A stretch of DNA of 64,000 nt from Candidatus Latescibacterota bacterium (GCA_965242865.1 CBDETK010000013.1:3296001-3360000); one strand, 5' to 3'; counted from the stretch's first letter, positions 29,068 to 38,569 are shown. The notes: generated by a model from the sequence alone, not told the origin. Numbers and translations: made by a program.

Positions 29068-29896
29068 GAGTTGCTTTCTCTCCAGATCTTCAATTGGTGT
29101 GAAGTTCGACGAAATTCAACGAAAAAAAGCCGCAGCATTTTTGCGCCACGGCCATCAAAAAAGCCGCTGGAAAGCGGCTGTATCGAGTTCGATGTATCGC
29201 CGGTTTCCGGGACGCAAAAGTGCCCTCCTTCTCGAAAGCGCTGTCCCGAAAACCCCGTGGGAAAGCCCTTGCATACGCGGTCCATTGCGGAGGCGAAGGG
29301 AATTCCCGATGCGGCTGGGCGTTTTAGCCAGCCGATGCACACAACCTGAAGAGTCGTGCGTATATCCTAAGAGTTGGGACGAACGCGCAACGCGCGGATG
29401 CTGTTCGTAGCCCTCATATTTGGGACCTTATGGCCGCCCCCATTGGGGAACTGGCTCCTGAGAGTACTACACGAAGATCGACGTGCGAAGAGAATCATTC
29501 TTTGAGGCCTCCTCTCCATGGTGATGTGCATTTGCTTTGCACGGTTTTTGACTGCCTTTTAGTTTCAAGGTCAAGGTGATATATTGTCAAGGAAAAAATG
29601 CCTAAATTACAAAAATTAAAGAACTTTACGTCATTTTCTGAATATCTCTTAGTTAATACGAATACTTATAACAAATTCTGCGATCACCTCATCGCCGGCT
29701 GCGAGCCACACCGGCGGTTTGTGCGCAAACCCCACGCCCTGCGGGGTGCCCGTGAGGGCATGTCTTTCTCCTTTGTTTTCCAGCACTTGCACAAACGTTA
29801 AGGCCGGGCTGGTAGAACGTCAAATAACCTTGACGCTTGGAGTGGGGCCGCCTATTTTCCCCATTCTATTAGTAAACCCAACTCGAGGAAAAGAGC

Positions 29897-31309
29897 GTGC
29901 CCCCCAACGTCAGCGAAGAACATGTACGCAAGATAGTCGAAGAAGTGGTGCAGCGGGTCGTCAGCGGCCAAGATGGTCGCGACGGGGAGGACACCGGCGT
30001 CTTCGCGACAATCGACGCGGCGGTCCAAGGCGCAACCCGCGCCCAGCAGCAGTTGGTTGCCTCGTCGCTGGAGAAGCGCAAAAAGATCGTCGAGGCCCTC
30101 CGGCAGACAGCGCACGCCCATGCCGAGGAGTTTTCGCGCCGGGCCTTGGTCGAGACCGGGATGGGGCGGTTGGAAGACAAGATCGTCAAGCACCAAGTCG
30201 CGGCCGATACAACGCCCGGCGTCGAAGACCTAGAGGCGACTTCGTGGACCGGCGACCACGGGCTGACCGTCGTCGAAATGGCCCCCTACGGGGTCATCGG
30301 CGCAGTCACCCCATCGACCCATCCCGTGCCGACGATGGTCAACAACGCGATATGCATTGTCGCCGCGGGCAACTCGGTCGTCTTCAACGTCCATCCCGCG
30401 GGCAAAAAGGTCTCTATGTTTGCGGTGGGCTTGATCAATCGAGCCATCGTCGCGGCTGGTGGACCGGCCAATTTGGTGACCGCGGTCCAAACGCCGACCC
30501 TTGAAACCGCCAACGAATTGTTCAACCACCCGGATATCCGCCTCCTGCTGGTCACAGGCGGGCCGGGAGTGGCCAAGGCCGCGCTGGCCAGCCCCAAAAA
30601 GGCCATCGTCGCCGGCCCGGGCAATCCGCCGGTAGTGGTCGATGAAACGGCCGATTTGGCCCAAGCCGCGCGCGACATCATCGACGGAGGCGGCTTCGAC
30701 AACAACATTCTCTGCATCGGCGAGAAGCAGGTCTTTGCCGTCGCTTCAATTGCCGACGAACTCAAGCGGCTGATGGTCCAGTACAATGCCTACGAGCTCG
30801 ATGCGCGGCAGATCGAAGCCCTCGCGCAGGTGGCCTTTGTGCAAGGGCCGGACGGGGAGTGCGCAGCCAACCGCGAACTGGTGGGGCGCGACGCGGCCGT
30901 GCTGGCCGACCGCATCGGCCTCCGGCTCGATTCGTCGTTGCGCCTGCTCATTGGCGAGACCGACGCCAATCACGTTTTTGTGCGCGAGGAGCAGATGATG
31001 CCCTTTTTGCCGATCGTGCGGGTCCCCAACATCGATCAAGCCATCCGCGAGGCCGTCATCTCCGAGCACGGCTACGGGCACACGGCCGTGATCCATTCGC
31101 GCAACATCGAAAACATGCACAACATGGCCCGCGCCGTAGATACCACTATTTTCGTCAAGAATGGCCCTTCCTATGCCGGGGTTGGCTTGGGCGGCGAGGG
31201 CTTTGGGACCTACTCCATCGCCGGGCCTACGGGCGAGGGCCTGACCTCGCCGCGCACCTTTACCCGCCAGCGCCGCTGCGCCCTCGTTGATTACTTCCGC
31301 ATCGCCTGA
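29897..31309 (+). CDS. BMC acylating aldehyde dehydrogenase (EutE/PduP family) with N-terminal encapsulation peptide
   Basis: SEEHVRKIVEEVVQRV helix; TPSTHP, VTGG, AGPGNPP, FDNNILC (catalytic Cys), TGEG. Confidence 0.93.
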   Translation: MPPNVSEEHVRKIVEEVVQRVVSGQDGRDGEDTGVFATIDAAVQGATRAQQQLVASSLEKRKKIVEALRQTAHAHAEEFSRRALVETGMGRLEDKIVKHQVAADTTPGVEDLEATSWTGDHGLTVVEMAPYGVIGAVTPSTHPVPTMVNNAICIVAAGNSVVFNVHPAGKKVSMFAVGLINRAIVAAGGPANLVTAVQTPTLETANELFNHPDIRLLLVTGGPGVAKAALASPKKAIVAGPGNPPVVVDETADLAQAARDIIDGGGFDNNILCIGEKQVFAVASIADELKRLMVQYNAYELDARQIEALAQVAFVQGPDGECAANRELVGRDAAVLADRIGLRLDSSLRLLIGETDANHVFVREEQMMPFLPIVRVPNIDQAIREAVISEHGYGHTAVIHSRNIENMHNMARAVDTTIFVKNGPSYAGVGLGGEGFGTYSIAGPTGEGLTSPRTFTRQRRCALVDYFRIA

Positions 31310-31623
31310 TGCTCTTGGGCCAAGTCAAAGGGCACTTGGTTGCCACGGCCAAGGTCCCGAGCCTCAACGGCAAGAAGCTCTTAGTCGTCGAAATCGCGTC
31401 GGTGCGCGAGCACGGTCTGGTGCTGACGGGGCGGGATATGGTCTGCATTGACGCGGTACAGGCGGGCATGGGCGAGCTGGTAATTTTGGTGCAGGGCAGC
31501 TCGTCGCGGATCGCCCCAGACTTGGGCGATGTGCCAACCGACGCGGTAATCGTCGGGATCGTCGATTCGCTACAGGCCATGGGCAAGGATTTCGACTGTC
31601 GGCAACTGAGTCGCGAAAGATAA
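31309..31623 (+). CDS. BMC vertex protein (EutN/CcmL, BMC-P)
   Basis: MLLGQVKGHLVAT.K...DAVQAGMGE...GSSSR...DAVIVGIVD. Confidence 0.93.
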   Translation: MLLGQVKGHLVATAKVPSLNGKKLLVVEIASVREHGLVLTGRDMVCIDAVQAGMGELVILVQGSSSRIAPDLGDVPTDAVIVGIVDSLQAMGKDFDCRQLSRER

Positions 31624-31625
31624 GC

Positions 31626-32306
31626 ATGGGCGTTGCACCCGCGGCCGGATTGGACCGCAAGCAGATCGAGGGGCTGGTGCGCCGGGTGGTGTACGATCAC
31701 CTGCCGGACGCCCAGCTCGCGCAGGCACCGCCCGCCCCGAGGCTGGTCGTCAATATGTCCGCCCGCCACGTCCACCTCAACCAAGAGGGGCTCGACGCGC
31801 TCTTTGGCGCGGGGGCCGAGTTGACCGTCCAGAAGGCCCTGTACCAAGAGGGGGCTTTTGCCGCCGAGCAAACGGTATCGGTTTTTGGGCCGCGCAAGCA
31901 GGTGATTCCCAACGTCCGCATCCTCGGCCCCTTGCGCGATTACAACCAAGTGGAGCTGGCTTTTACGGACGCCCGCTTCTTGGGCATTGACGCGCCAGTG
32001 CGGCTCAGCGGCCACATCGACGGGACGCCCGGCTGCTACTTGGTCGGGCCGGCCGGGGGGCTAACGCTCCACCGCGGCGTGATCCGGGCCGCCCGCCACG
32101 TCCACCTAAACCCGGCCGAGGCCGCGTACTACGAGGTCGGCCCGGGGGACTTGCTGCGGCTGGTGGTAGAAAGCGAGCAGGGCGGAGTGCTCGAAGGGTT
32201 GATCTGCCGAGTCGGCGACCGCGAGCACTTGGAGGTTCACATCGACACGGACGAGGGCAATGCGATTGATTTGGTACATGCCCGCAAGGTATATTTGGAG
32301 CGTTAA
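31626..32306 (+). CDS. pduL: PduL phosphate acyltransferase with encapsulation peptide
   Basis: DRKQIEGLVRRVV; SARHVHL, RILGPLR, AARHVH, HIDTDEGNA. Confidence 0.93.
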   Translation: MGVAPAAGLDRKQIEGLVRRVVYDHLPDAQLAQAPPAPRLVVNMSARHVHLNQEGLDALFGAGAELTVQKALYQEGAFAAEQTVSVFGPRKQVIPNVRILGPLRDYNQVELAFTDARFLGIDAPVRLSGHIDGTPGCYLVGPAGGLTLHRGVIRAARHVHLNPAEAAYYEVGPGDLLRLVVESEQGGVLEGLICRVGDREHLEVHIDTDEGNAIDLVHARKVYLER

Positions 32307-32343
32307 ACGCAACAATCCGCACAATTACTTCAGGAGGTAAGGG

Positions 32344-32907
32344 ATGTCGGATGCAATAGGCATGGTAGAAACCGTGGGGCTGGTCGGAGTCGTCGAGGCC
32401 GGCGACGCCATGGCCAAGGCCGCCAGCGTCCAGCTTTTGGGCTGGGATCGCGTCGGCTCCGGCTTGGTGACAGTGTTTTGCTCGGGCGACGTGGCAGCCG
32501 TTAAGTCGGCCGTGGACGCCGGTTCAACCGCCGCGGCCAAGGTCGGGGAGGTGCATTCGGTACACGTGATTCCCCGCCCGCACAGCGAGTTGACGGCCGT
32601 CGTGCCCGAGCGCGACGACAGCAGCGACAGCGACGACCGCATCCGCGCCTTGGGCCTCATTGAGACGAAGGGCACCATCGGCGTGGTCGAAGCGGCCGAC
32701 GCCATGAGCAAGGCCGCCGACGTGGAGATCGTCAAGCTCCAAGACATCGGCGGCGGGTACATCACCGTCATCGTCAGCGGCGACGTGGGCTCGGTACAGG
32801 CTTCGGTCAGTGCCGGTGCTGAATCGGCCGAGCGCGTGGGCGAGCTCGTAGCGCAGCACGTGATTCCCCGCCCCCACGACGATCTCGTCGCGCTATACTT
32901 GCAGTAG
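32344..32907 (+). CDS. BMC shell protein with two tandem domains
   Basis: Two copies of A(I/L)G(M/L)(V/I)ET.G...DAM.KAA...GDV...HVIPRPH. Confidence 0.93.
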   Translation: MSDAIGMVETVGLVGVVEAGDAMAKAASVQLLGWDRVGSGLVTVFCSGDVAAVKSAVDAGSTAAAKVGEVHSVHVIPRPHSELTAVVPERDDSSDSDDRIRALGLIETKGTIGVVEAADAMSKAADVEIVKLQDIGGGYITVIVSGDVGSVQASVSAGAESAERVGELVAQHVIPRPHDDLVALYLQ

Positions 32908-32918
32908 AGGAGAGAACA

Positions 32919-33182
32919 ATGAAAGCATTGGGTATGGTCGAGACCCGCGGTTTGGTTTGCGTCGTCGAAGCCCTCGACGCCATGTTAAAAACCGCGGACG
33001 TGAGCTATGCGGGCCAAAAGCGCGTGGGCAGCGGCCTAATCACCGTACTAGTCGAAGGCGACGTAGCGGCCGTCAAAGCGGCCGTGGATGCGGGAGCGCA
33101 AGCCGCCCAGCGCATCGGCGAGCTGCGCAGCGTCCACGTAATTCCCCGTCCAACTGAAGGACTGACCGATCACCTTGGTTAG
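32919..33182 (+). CDS. BMC-H hexamer shell protein
   Basis: [19 protein letters not shown] pore loop, [15 protein letters not shown]. Confidence 0.95.
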   Translation: MKALGMVETRGLVCVVEALDAMLKTADVSYAGQKRVGSGLITVLVEGDVAAVKAAVDAGAQAAQRIGELRSVHVIPRPTEGLTDHLG

Positions 33183-33186
33183 CTAG

Positions 33187-33594
33187 ATGGCCGAGGCTTT
33201 GCACATCGACGTTCCGGTCGTCACCGGCGACGTGCTCGGGCGCACCCACCAGGGCGAGCGGGTCCTCAGCGTCTCCCCCGGTGCCATCCTGACGCCGACG
33301 GCTTGGGATTACATCCGCCAGCACCGGTTGCAACTGCGGCGCGGCGAGGCCGGCGAGGCCCCCGCCGACAGCGGTTGCGAGCACGAGGAATTTGGTTCGG
33401 GGTACGTTGAGCCAGCGCGTTGCGGCGATTGCGCTGTCCACCAGCGCAAGAAGGCCGGCGATGCCGCGGCGAGTTGCACCGGCTGCAATCGCTACAAGAC
33501 GCTTTTACAACAAATTGAGCAGGGCCAAGCCATCGCCCCAGAAGCCTTAGTTGAGCAGATCACCGAGCTAGTAATGCACCGGCTGGCAGACTAA
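33187..33594 (+). CDS. BMC-associated protein with Cys cluster and C-terminal encapsulation peptide-like helix
   Basis: GAILTPTAWDYIR; CGDC and CTGC motifs; PEALVEQITELVMHRL. Confidence 0.7.
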   Translation: MAEALHIDVPVVTGDVLGRTHQGERVLSVSPGAILTPTAWDYIRQHRLQLRRGEAGEAPADSGCEHEEFGSGYVEPARCGDCAVHQRKKAGDAAASCTGCNRYKTLLQQIEQGQAIAPEALVEQITELVMHRLAD

Positions 33595-33597
33595 GCA

Positions 33598-34176
33598 ATG
33601 GCCGGGGCAGTCGGCATGATCGAGGTGGAGGGCGTGGCCGCGGCCATTGTGGGGGCGGATGCGGCCTGCAAGGCCGCGGACGTGCAGCTCGCAGGCTGGG
33701 CATCGATCGGCGGTTATACCACGGCCTTTTTCACCGGGTCCATCAGCGATGTGGCCGCGGCACTGCAAAGCGGCGAAGAAGCCGCGCGAAGAATAATAGA
33801 ACACGTGGTAGCCGTACCCCTCCACCAACCCGCCGCGGCCTGTCGCCATTTTGTCGATTTTCCGGCCGGGGACCCCAGCGACGTTCCGGCTGGGGCCTTG
33901 GGGTTGGTCGAGACGCGCGGCTACGGGGTCCACATCCACACCAACGATCAAATGGTCAAGACAGCGGCTGTCGAGGTAATCAAGGTGCTGACGGTCCACG
34001 ACCGCGTGGTCTGTTCGCTGGTACTGGGCGACATCGGGGCTGTCACCGAAGCCATCGCGGTCGCGCAACAGCGGCTCGCCGGCTGCGAGCGCTTGCTGGG
34101 CACGGCCCTGATCCCGCAGCCCCGGCCCGAGGTCTTAGCTGCCTACGCCGGGCCGCTGGGAGCGAGCGGTGTCTAG
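33598..34176 (+). CDS. divergent two-domain BMC shell protein
   Basis: AVGMIEVEG..DAACKAA; ALGLVETRG..DQMVKTA..GDIGAV..IPQP. Confidence 0.88.
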   Translation: MAGAVGMIEVEGVAAAIVGADAACKAADVQLAGWASIGGYTTAFFTGSISDVAAALQSGEEAARRIIEHVVAVPLHQPAAACRHFVDFPAGDPSDVPAGALGLVETRGYGVHIHTNDQMVKTAAVEVIKVLTVHDRVVCSLVLGDIGAVTEAIAVAQQRLAGCERLLGTALIPQPRPEVLAAYAGPLGASGV

Positions 34177-35353
34177 CGGGGCAATCGGCGTCCTGGAGAC
34201 GCGCGGCATGGCGTCGCTCATGGCTTCCACCGACGCCATGCTCAAGGCCGCGGACGTGCAGCTCTGTGGGCGGCACGGCATTGGTTCGGGTTGGCTCACC
34301 GCCGTAATCGCCGGTCGAGTGGCTGATGTAGAAGCGGCCCTTGGCGTCGGCGAGGTCGAGGCGAACCGCACGGGCGAACTGATTGGTGCCCACGTGGTGC
34401 CGCGCCCGGTTGCGTCCGCCATGGACGCCATGCCCCACGCAGCGGGCCTCAGTGCCGAACAGGTCCCGGCCGGGGCGATTGGCCTACTGGAAACGCAGGG
34501 CCTGACGCCGCTCGTGGCAGGTGCTGACGCCATGCTCAAGGCCGCCCAAGTGACGCTCGGGGGTTGGGCCTTCATCGGCGGTGCCCTGTGCCACGCGCCG
34601 GTCTTTGGCGATGTAGCGACCGTGCAGACAGCCCTAGCGGCCGGCCGGCAAGCCGCCGAGCGGCTTGGCACCGTGTACGCGACCCTCGTTTTACCCCAGC
34701 CCAGCGACGGGCTAGGCCCGCTGATGCCACCTGCGCCGCCGGCCGCGCCGCGCTCCACCGGGGCCTTGGGCCTCATCGAGACCATTGGTTACGCCGCGGT
34801 CGTGGGCAGTGCCGACGCCATGCTCAAGGCCGCGGATGTCCAAATTGAGCGCTTGAGCATCGGCAGCGGCGGGCGGATCGCCGCGCTGGCCACGGGCCAA
34901 CTCGATGACGTGCAGGCCGCCGTGCGCGCCGGTGCCGAGTCCGCCACGGCCTTGGGGCAGCTCGACGCCTCGGCCATAGTCTCTGGGCCTGATCCCATGC
35001 TAGTAGCCCGCTTTGCGACCGCGCCCGAAGGGTTGGGGCCGGGGGCGCGGCAGGCCATGGGGCTGATTGAGACGCGCAGCACCGTGGCCTTGGTGCAGGC
35101 TGTCGATCGGATGCTCAAGGCCGCGGCCGTCGAATACGAGGGGGCCTATAAGGTGGGATACTACCTGACGGCCGCCGTCGTCCGCGGCGATGTCGGCGCG
35201 GTGCAAGTCGCCATAGACGCCGTAGGGCAGGCCCCCGTGCCTGCCCCAACCAGGGGGCCTGCCCCGCCCAGATCCCCAACCGGCGACTTGGTCTCGGCTT
35301 ACGCAATTCCCCAGCCTTACAGCGGCCTCGAAGGTCGCCTGCCGCACGTTTAG
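34169..35353 (+). CDS. BMC shell protein with four tandem domains
   Basis: AIGVLETRG, AIGLLETQG, ALGLIETIG, AMGLIETRS, each followed by D(A/R)MLKAA. Confidence 0.9.
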   Translation: MSSGAIGVLETRGMASLMASTDAMLKAADVQLCGRHGIGSGWLTAVIAGRVADVEAALGVGEVEANRTGELIGAHVVPRPVASAMDAMPHAAGLSAEQVPAGAIGLLETQGLTPLVAGADAMLKAAQVTLGGWAFIGGALCHAPVFGDVATVQTALAAGRQAAERLGTVYATLVLPQPSDGLGPLMPPAPPAAPRSTGALGLIETIGYAAVVGSADAMLKAADVQIERLSIGSGGRIAALATGQLDDVQAAVRAGAESATALGQLDASAIVSGPDPMLVARFATAPEGLGPGARQAMGLIETRSTVALVQAVDRMLKAAAVEYEGAYKVGYYLTAAVVRGDVGAVQVAIDAVGQAPVPAPTRGPAPPRSPTGDLVSAYAIPQPYSGLEGRLPHV

Positions 35354-35365
35354 CGAGGACGCGAA

Positions 35366-36520
35366 ATGATTCGGATTGACGATGCAGTGATTACCGCTCA
35401 GACCTTGGAGAGCCGCCTAGCGGGCGAACGGCAGGTCGAGATCGGCCCCGGGGCTAAACTGACGCCCTCGGCGCAGGATTTTTTGCGCGTCCAAGGCGTT
35501 GAGGTGGTCCGCCGGGAAGCGGGTCGCCAAGCCCCGCCAACGCCAACGCCAACACCAGCGGCTCCTCAGGCATTTGCCGGCATTTTCTGCCCCAATGTCG
35601 TCCTTTTCGACCGCCAGAACGCGATCAACCACGCCGAGATGGAGCGCTACATCAACTGGCTGATTGAGGTTGGAATCCACGGGCTGTATCCCAACGGCAG
35701 CACGGGCGAGTTTGCCCGCCTGTCGCGCGAGGAGCGCGGAGATGTGGTGCGATTGGTCTGCGAGGTCAACAAGGGGCGCGTCCCGGTGCTGGCCGGCGCC
35801 AGCGAAGCCAATGTGCGCGATGTGCTCGAAATGGCCGAATACTACGCCTCGCTCGGGGTGGATGCCATTGCGCTGATGCCCCCCTATTACTATGAGATTT
35901 CCCCAGAAAGCCTCTTTGAGTACTTCGCCGAAATCGCCGAAGCATCGCCGCTGGACATCCTGCTGTACAACATCCCGCAATTTACCCAAGAGCTGTCGCT
36001 GGACTTGATGGAGCGGCTCTTGCCCTACGAGCGAATCTTCGGCACCAAGGACTCCAGCCGCGACCTGCCTCGGCTGCTCAACACCATGCACCGCCTGCGC
36101 CAACAGCGATCCGACTACGTGGTGATGACCGGCTGCGAGGAGATCGTATTCCCCGCGGTGATGATGGGCGCCAGTGGGGGCACCATCGCCACTTCGGGTA
36201 TCGTCCCGGAAGTCATCGTCGAGCTGTACGAAAGGGCCACGAGCGGCGACGTGGAGCGGGCCCGCGAGCTCCAATACCGCATCCTCGACCTAATTAACCT
36301 CATGCTCTTGGGCGTCAACTTCCCAGAGGGCTTTAAGACCGGGGTGGCAGCCCGCGGCTTCGACGTAGGCCCGGCGCGCACCGCGAGCAGCGCGGCCGAG
36401 CAGGAGTACCTGCTCAAGCTAGAGGGCCAAATCAACTGCGTCCTCGCGGATATGGGCTATCCCGTCCGCGGTCCCCGCGCCTGCCCGCCCACCGACCTGC
36501 CATCGATCGTCGGGCGCTAG
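35366..36520 (+). CDS. DHDPS/NAL-family Schiff-base aldolase/dehydratase with N-terminal BMC-associated domain
   Basis: NGSTGE, PPYY, LYNIP, GTKDSS; N-terminal GAKLTPSAQDFLR domain and PTPTPTP linker. Confidence 0.88.
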   Translation: MIRIDDAVITAQTLESRLAGERQVEIGPGAKLTPSAQDFLRVQGVEVVRREAGRQAPPTPTPTPAAPQAFAGIFCPNVVLFDRQNAINHAEMERYINWLIEVGIHGLYPNGSTGEFARLSREERGDVVRLVCEVNKGRVPVLAGASEANVRDVLEMAEYYASLGVDAIALMPPYYYEISPESLFEYFAEIAEASPLDILLYNIPQFTQELSLDLMERLLPYERIFGTKDSSRDLPRLLNTMHRLRQQRSDYVVMTGCEEIVFPAVMMGASGGTIATSGIVPEVIVELYERATSGDVERARELQYRILDLINLMLLGVNFPEGFKTGVAARGFDVGPARTASSAAEQEYLLKLEGQINCVLADMGYPVRGPRACPPTDLPSIVGR

Positions 36521-37594
36521 ATGGCCCTCGCGAGCGCGGGTGTGCTGGTGGTCGGGGCCGGTATCATCGGCCGCTCGATAGCCTATTTCCTCATGCGGCA
36601 AAACGCGCAGGTCACCCTGCTCGACGAGGGCATCGCTGTCGGCTCGCCCACGAGCCGGGCCTCTTTGGGCGTCCTTACCCACTGCAACGGCGGCGACAAT
36701 CCCTACGCCGAGCTTTTGCGCGACGGCCATGCCCTACACGCCCAGCTAGCCCGCGACCTCGACGCAGAGCTGGGGGCGGACGTGGGCTGGCGGCCCCTCG
36801 GCGGCATCGAGCTTTTTGCCGACCCATCCGAGCTAGAAGCGGTATGGCACTTCAATCGCGCCCGCGGCTGTCGGGTCGAGCGGCTCGACGCGCGGGCCTT
36901 GCGCGCTGCGGAGCCGGCGTTGGCTGGCGGCGAGGGCCTGTACTTTGCCGACGATCACCGGGTGGATCCCGTCAAACTGGGCGCGGTGCTTTGGGCGGCG
37001 GCCGCCCAGCGGGGTGCGGCCGCCGCTTGGGGCGAGCGCGTCTGGCGCGTTGCCCAAGCGGGCGAAACCGTTGAGGTCGCTACCAGTCGCGGAACGCACC
37101 GCGCCGATTTTGCGGTCTTGGCCGCTGGGGCCTGGACCGGCGGCTTGGCCGCCCAGCTCGGCGCCCGAGTCGCGTTGCGCCCGGTGCGGGGCCAGCAAGC
37201 GCGTTTTACGGGTGCCCCACTGCGCCACCTAGTGCGGGCAAACGGACGCCACCTCATTCCAGACAGCGGCGAAACGGTCGTGGGATCGACTGTGGAGGAG
37301 GTCGGCTTCCGGTTGGCAACGACCCGCGCGGCCGCGGTGCAGTTCGCCGCGGAGGTCCGTGCGGTGCTGGGGCGGTGCTTGCCCTTGTCGCGCCAGTGGG
37401 CCGGCCTGCGACCCAAGCCCCGGGGCGGGCGTCCGCTCATCGGCCCGCTGACGGACGCGCCGCGGGTTTTTGTCGCTGCTGGGCACTACAAAAACGGCGT
37501 CTTGCTCGGCCCGATTACCGGCCAAATCGTCGCTCGCTGGATCGCCGAGGGCACCCCGGGGCGCGACATGCGCCGCTTTGCGCCCGAGCGTTGA
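36521..37594 (+). CDS. FAD-dependent oxidoreductase, DAO/glycine oxidase (ThiO)-like
   Basis: GAGIIG, AAGAW, PVRGQ, WAGLRP, GHYKNGVLLGP. Confidence 0.85.
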   Translation: MALASAGVLVVGAGIIGRSIAYFLMRQNAQVTLLDEGIAVGSPTSRASLGVLTHCNGGDNPYAELLRDGHALHAQLARDLDAELGADVGWRPLGGIELFADPSELEAVWHFNRARGCRVERLDARALRAAEPALAGGEGLYFADDHRVDPVKLGAVLWAAAAQRGAAAAWGERVWRVAQAGETVEVATSRGTHRADFAVLAAGAWTGGLAAQLGARVALRPVRGQQARFTGAPLRHLVRANGRHLIPDSGETVVGSTVEEVGFRLATTRAAAVQFAAEVRAVLGRCLPLSRQWAGLRPKPRGGRPLIGPLTDAPRVFVAAGHYKNGVLLGPITGQIVARWIAEGTPGRDMRRFAPER

Positions 37595-37627
37595 ACGTAG
37601 CTCCACCTAACACCGTTGAGGTTAAAC

Positions 37628-38569
37628 ATGCCATTGCAAAAAGAAGACCTACTCGCCGCGCTAAATTCGGTGACCTCCATCCCGGTGGTCCCCTTTCGCG
37701 GCGGGCGAATCGACTACGACGCCCACGCCAAGAACATCAACTACCTGATGGAAAACAACCACTTAGACGGCGGTCGGCCCCGGGTGATTGGCATCGCCGG
37801 CACCAGCTTGGTCCACCACATTAGCGCGGACGAGCAGGTGCGGTTGTTGGGATGTACCGGCGAGCTGATGGGAGGGCGCGGGGTGCTGATGGCCGGGATT
37901 GCCCCCAATCCGGTTGGGGATGCCGAGCGGTTGATCGAGCGGGAGGCCGCGCTCGAATACTCCCCGGATGTCTATCTCGTCATGCCGCTTACTGGCGTGG
38001 CCAATCCAGAGGGCATTTTTGCGTACTACGCGGATTTTGCCGAGCGGTTGGGGCGTGCGTGCGGAGCCAAGTTGCTCTACTACCTGCGCAACCAAGCCGA
38101 GCGCGAAACCGCCGTGCGGCTGATGAACGAGTCCGAGCACTTCGTCGGGCTGAAGATCGGCACCACGGTTGAGGACGTCGAGCCGATTGTCGCGGGGGTA
38201 AAAGAGGGAACGGCACTGGTGATATGGGGCGTGGGAGACCGCTCAACCGGGCCGGCCGAGCGCGGCACCAAAGGCCATACCTCGGGCATCAACGTGGCTT
38301 TCGCCCGCGCCTCCGACGCGATCAACAACGCCCAGCGCCGCGGCGATTTTGCGACCTCCCAGCAGATTGAAAACCAACTCGCGGCCCTGGAGGAGATTCG
38401 CTTCCGCAACGGCCGCATGTACAACTATTCAGCCGTAGTTGAGGCCATGCACTTGGGGGGGTTTAGGGATGTGGATGGCGGCGAGGGCGGCCCGTTCAAT
38501 CCGCGGGTGCCGGCCGAAGTCGCTGCGGAAGTGGCCGCGGCCATAGCCGACATTATGCACTATCACTAG
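37628..38569 (+). CDS. divergent DHDPS-family protein (KDG dehydratase-like)
   Basis: IPVVPF..G.IDY, LYYLR, VGLK; lacks the canonical GxTGE motif. Confidence 0.65.
   Translation: MPLQKEDLLAALNSVTSIPVVPFRGGRIDYDAHAKNINYLMENNHLDGGRPRVIGIAGTSLVHHISADEQVRLLGCTGELMGGRGVLMAGIAPNPVGDAERLIEREAALEYSPDVYLVMPLTGVANPEGIFAYYADFAERLGRACGAKLLYYLRNQAERETAVRLMNESEHFVGLKIGTTVEDVEPIVAGVKEGTALVIWGVGDRSTGPAERGTKGHTSGINVAFARASDAINNAQRRGDFATSQQIENQLAALEEIRFRNGRMYNYSAVVEAMHLGGFRDVDGGEGGPFNPRVPAEVAAEVAAAIADIMHYH

Noticed and set aside
35366-36520. Annotation as dapA (lysine biosynthesis)
   Set aside because: YNIPQFT lacks the DapA Arg (YNVPxRT), and the protein has extra domains and sits in a BMC operon.
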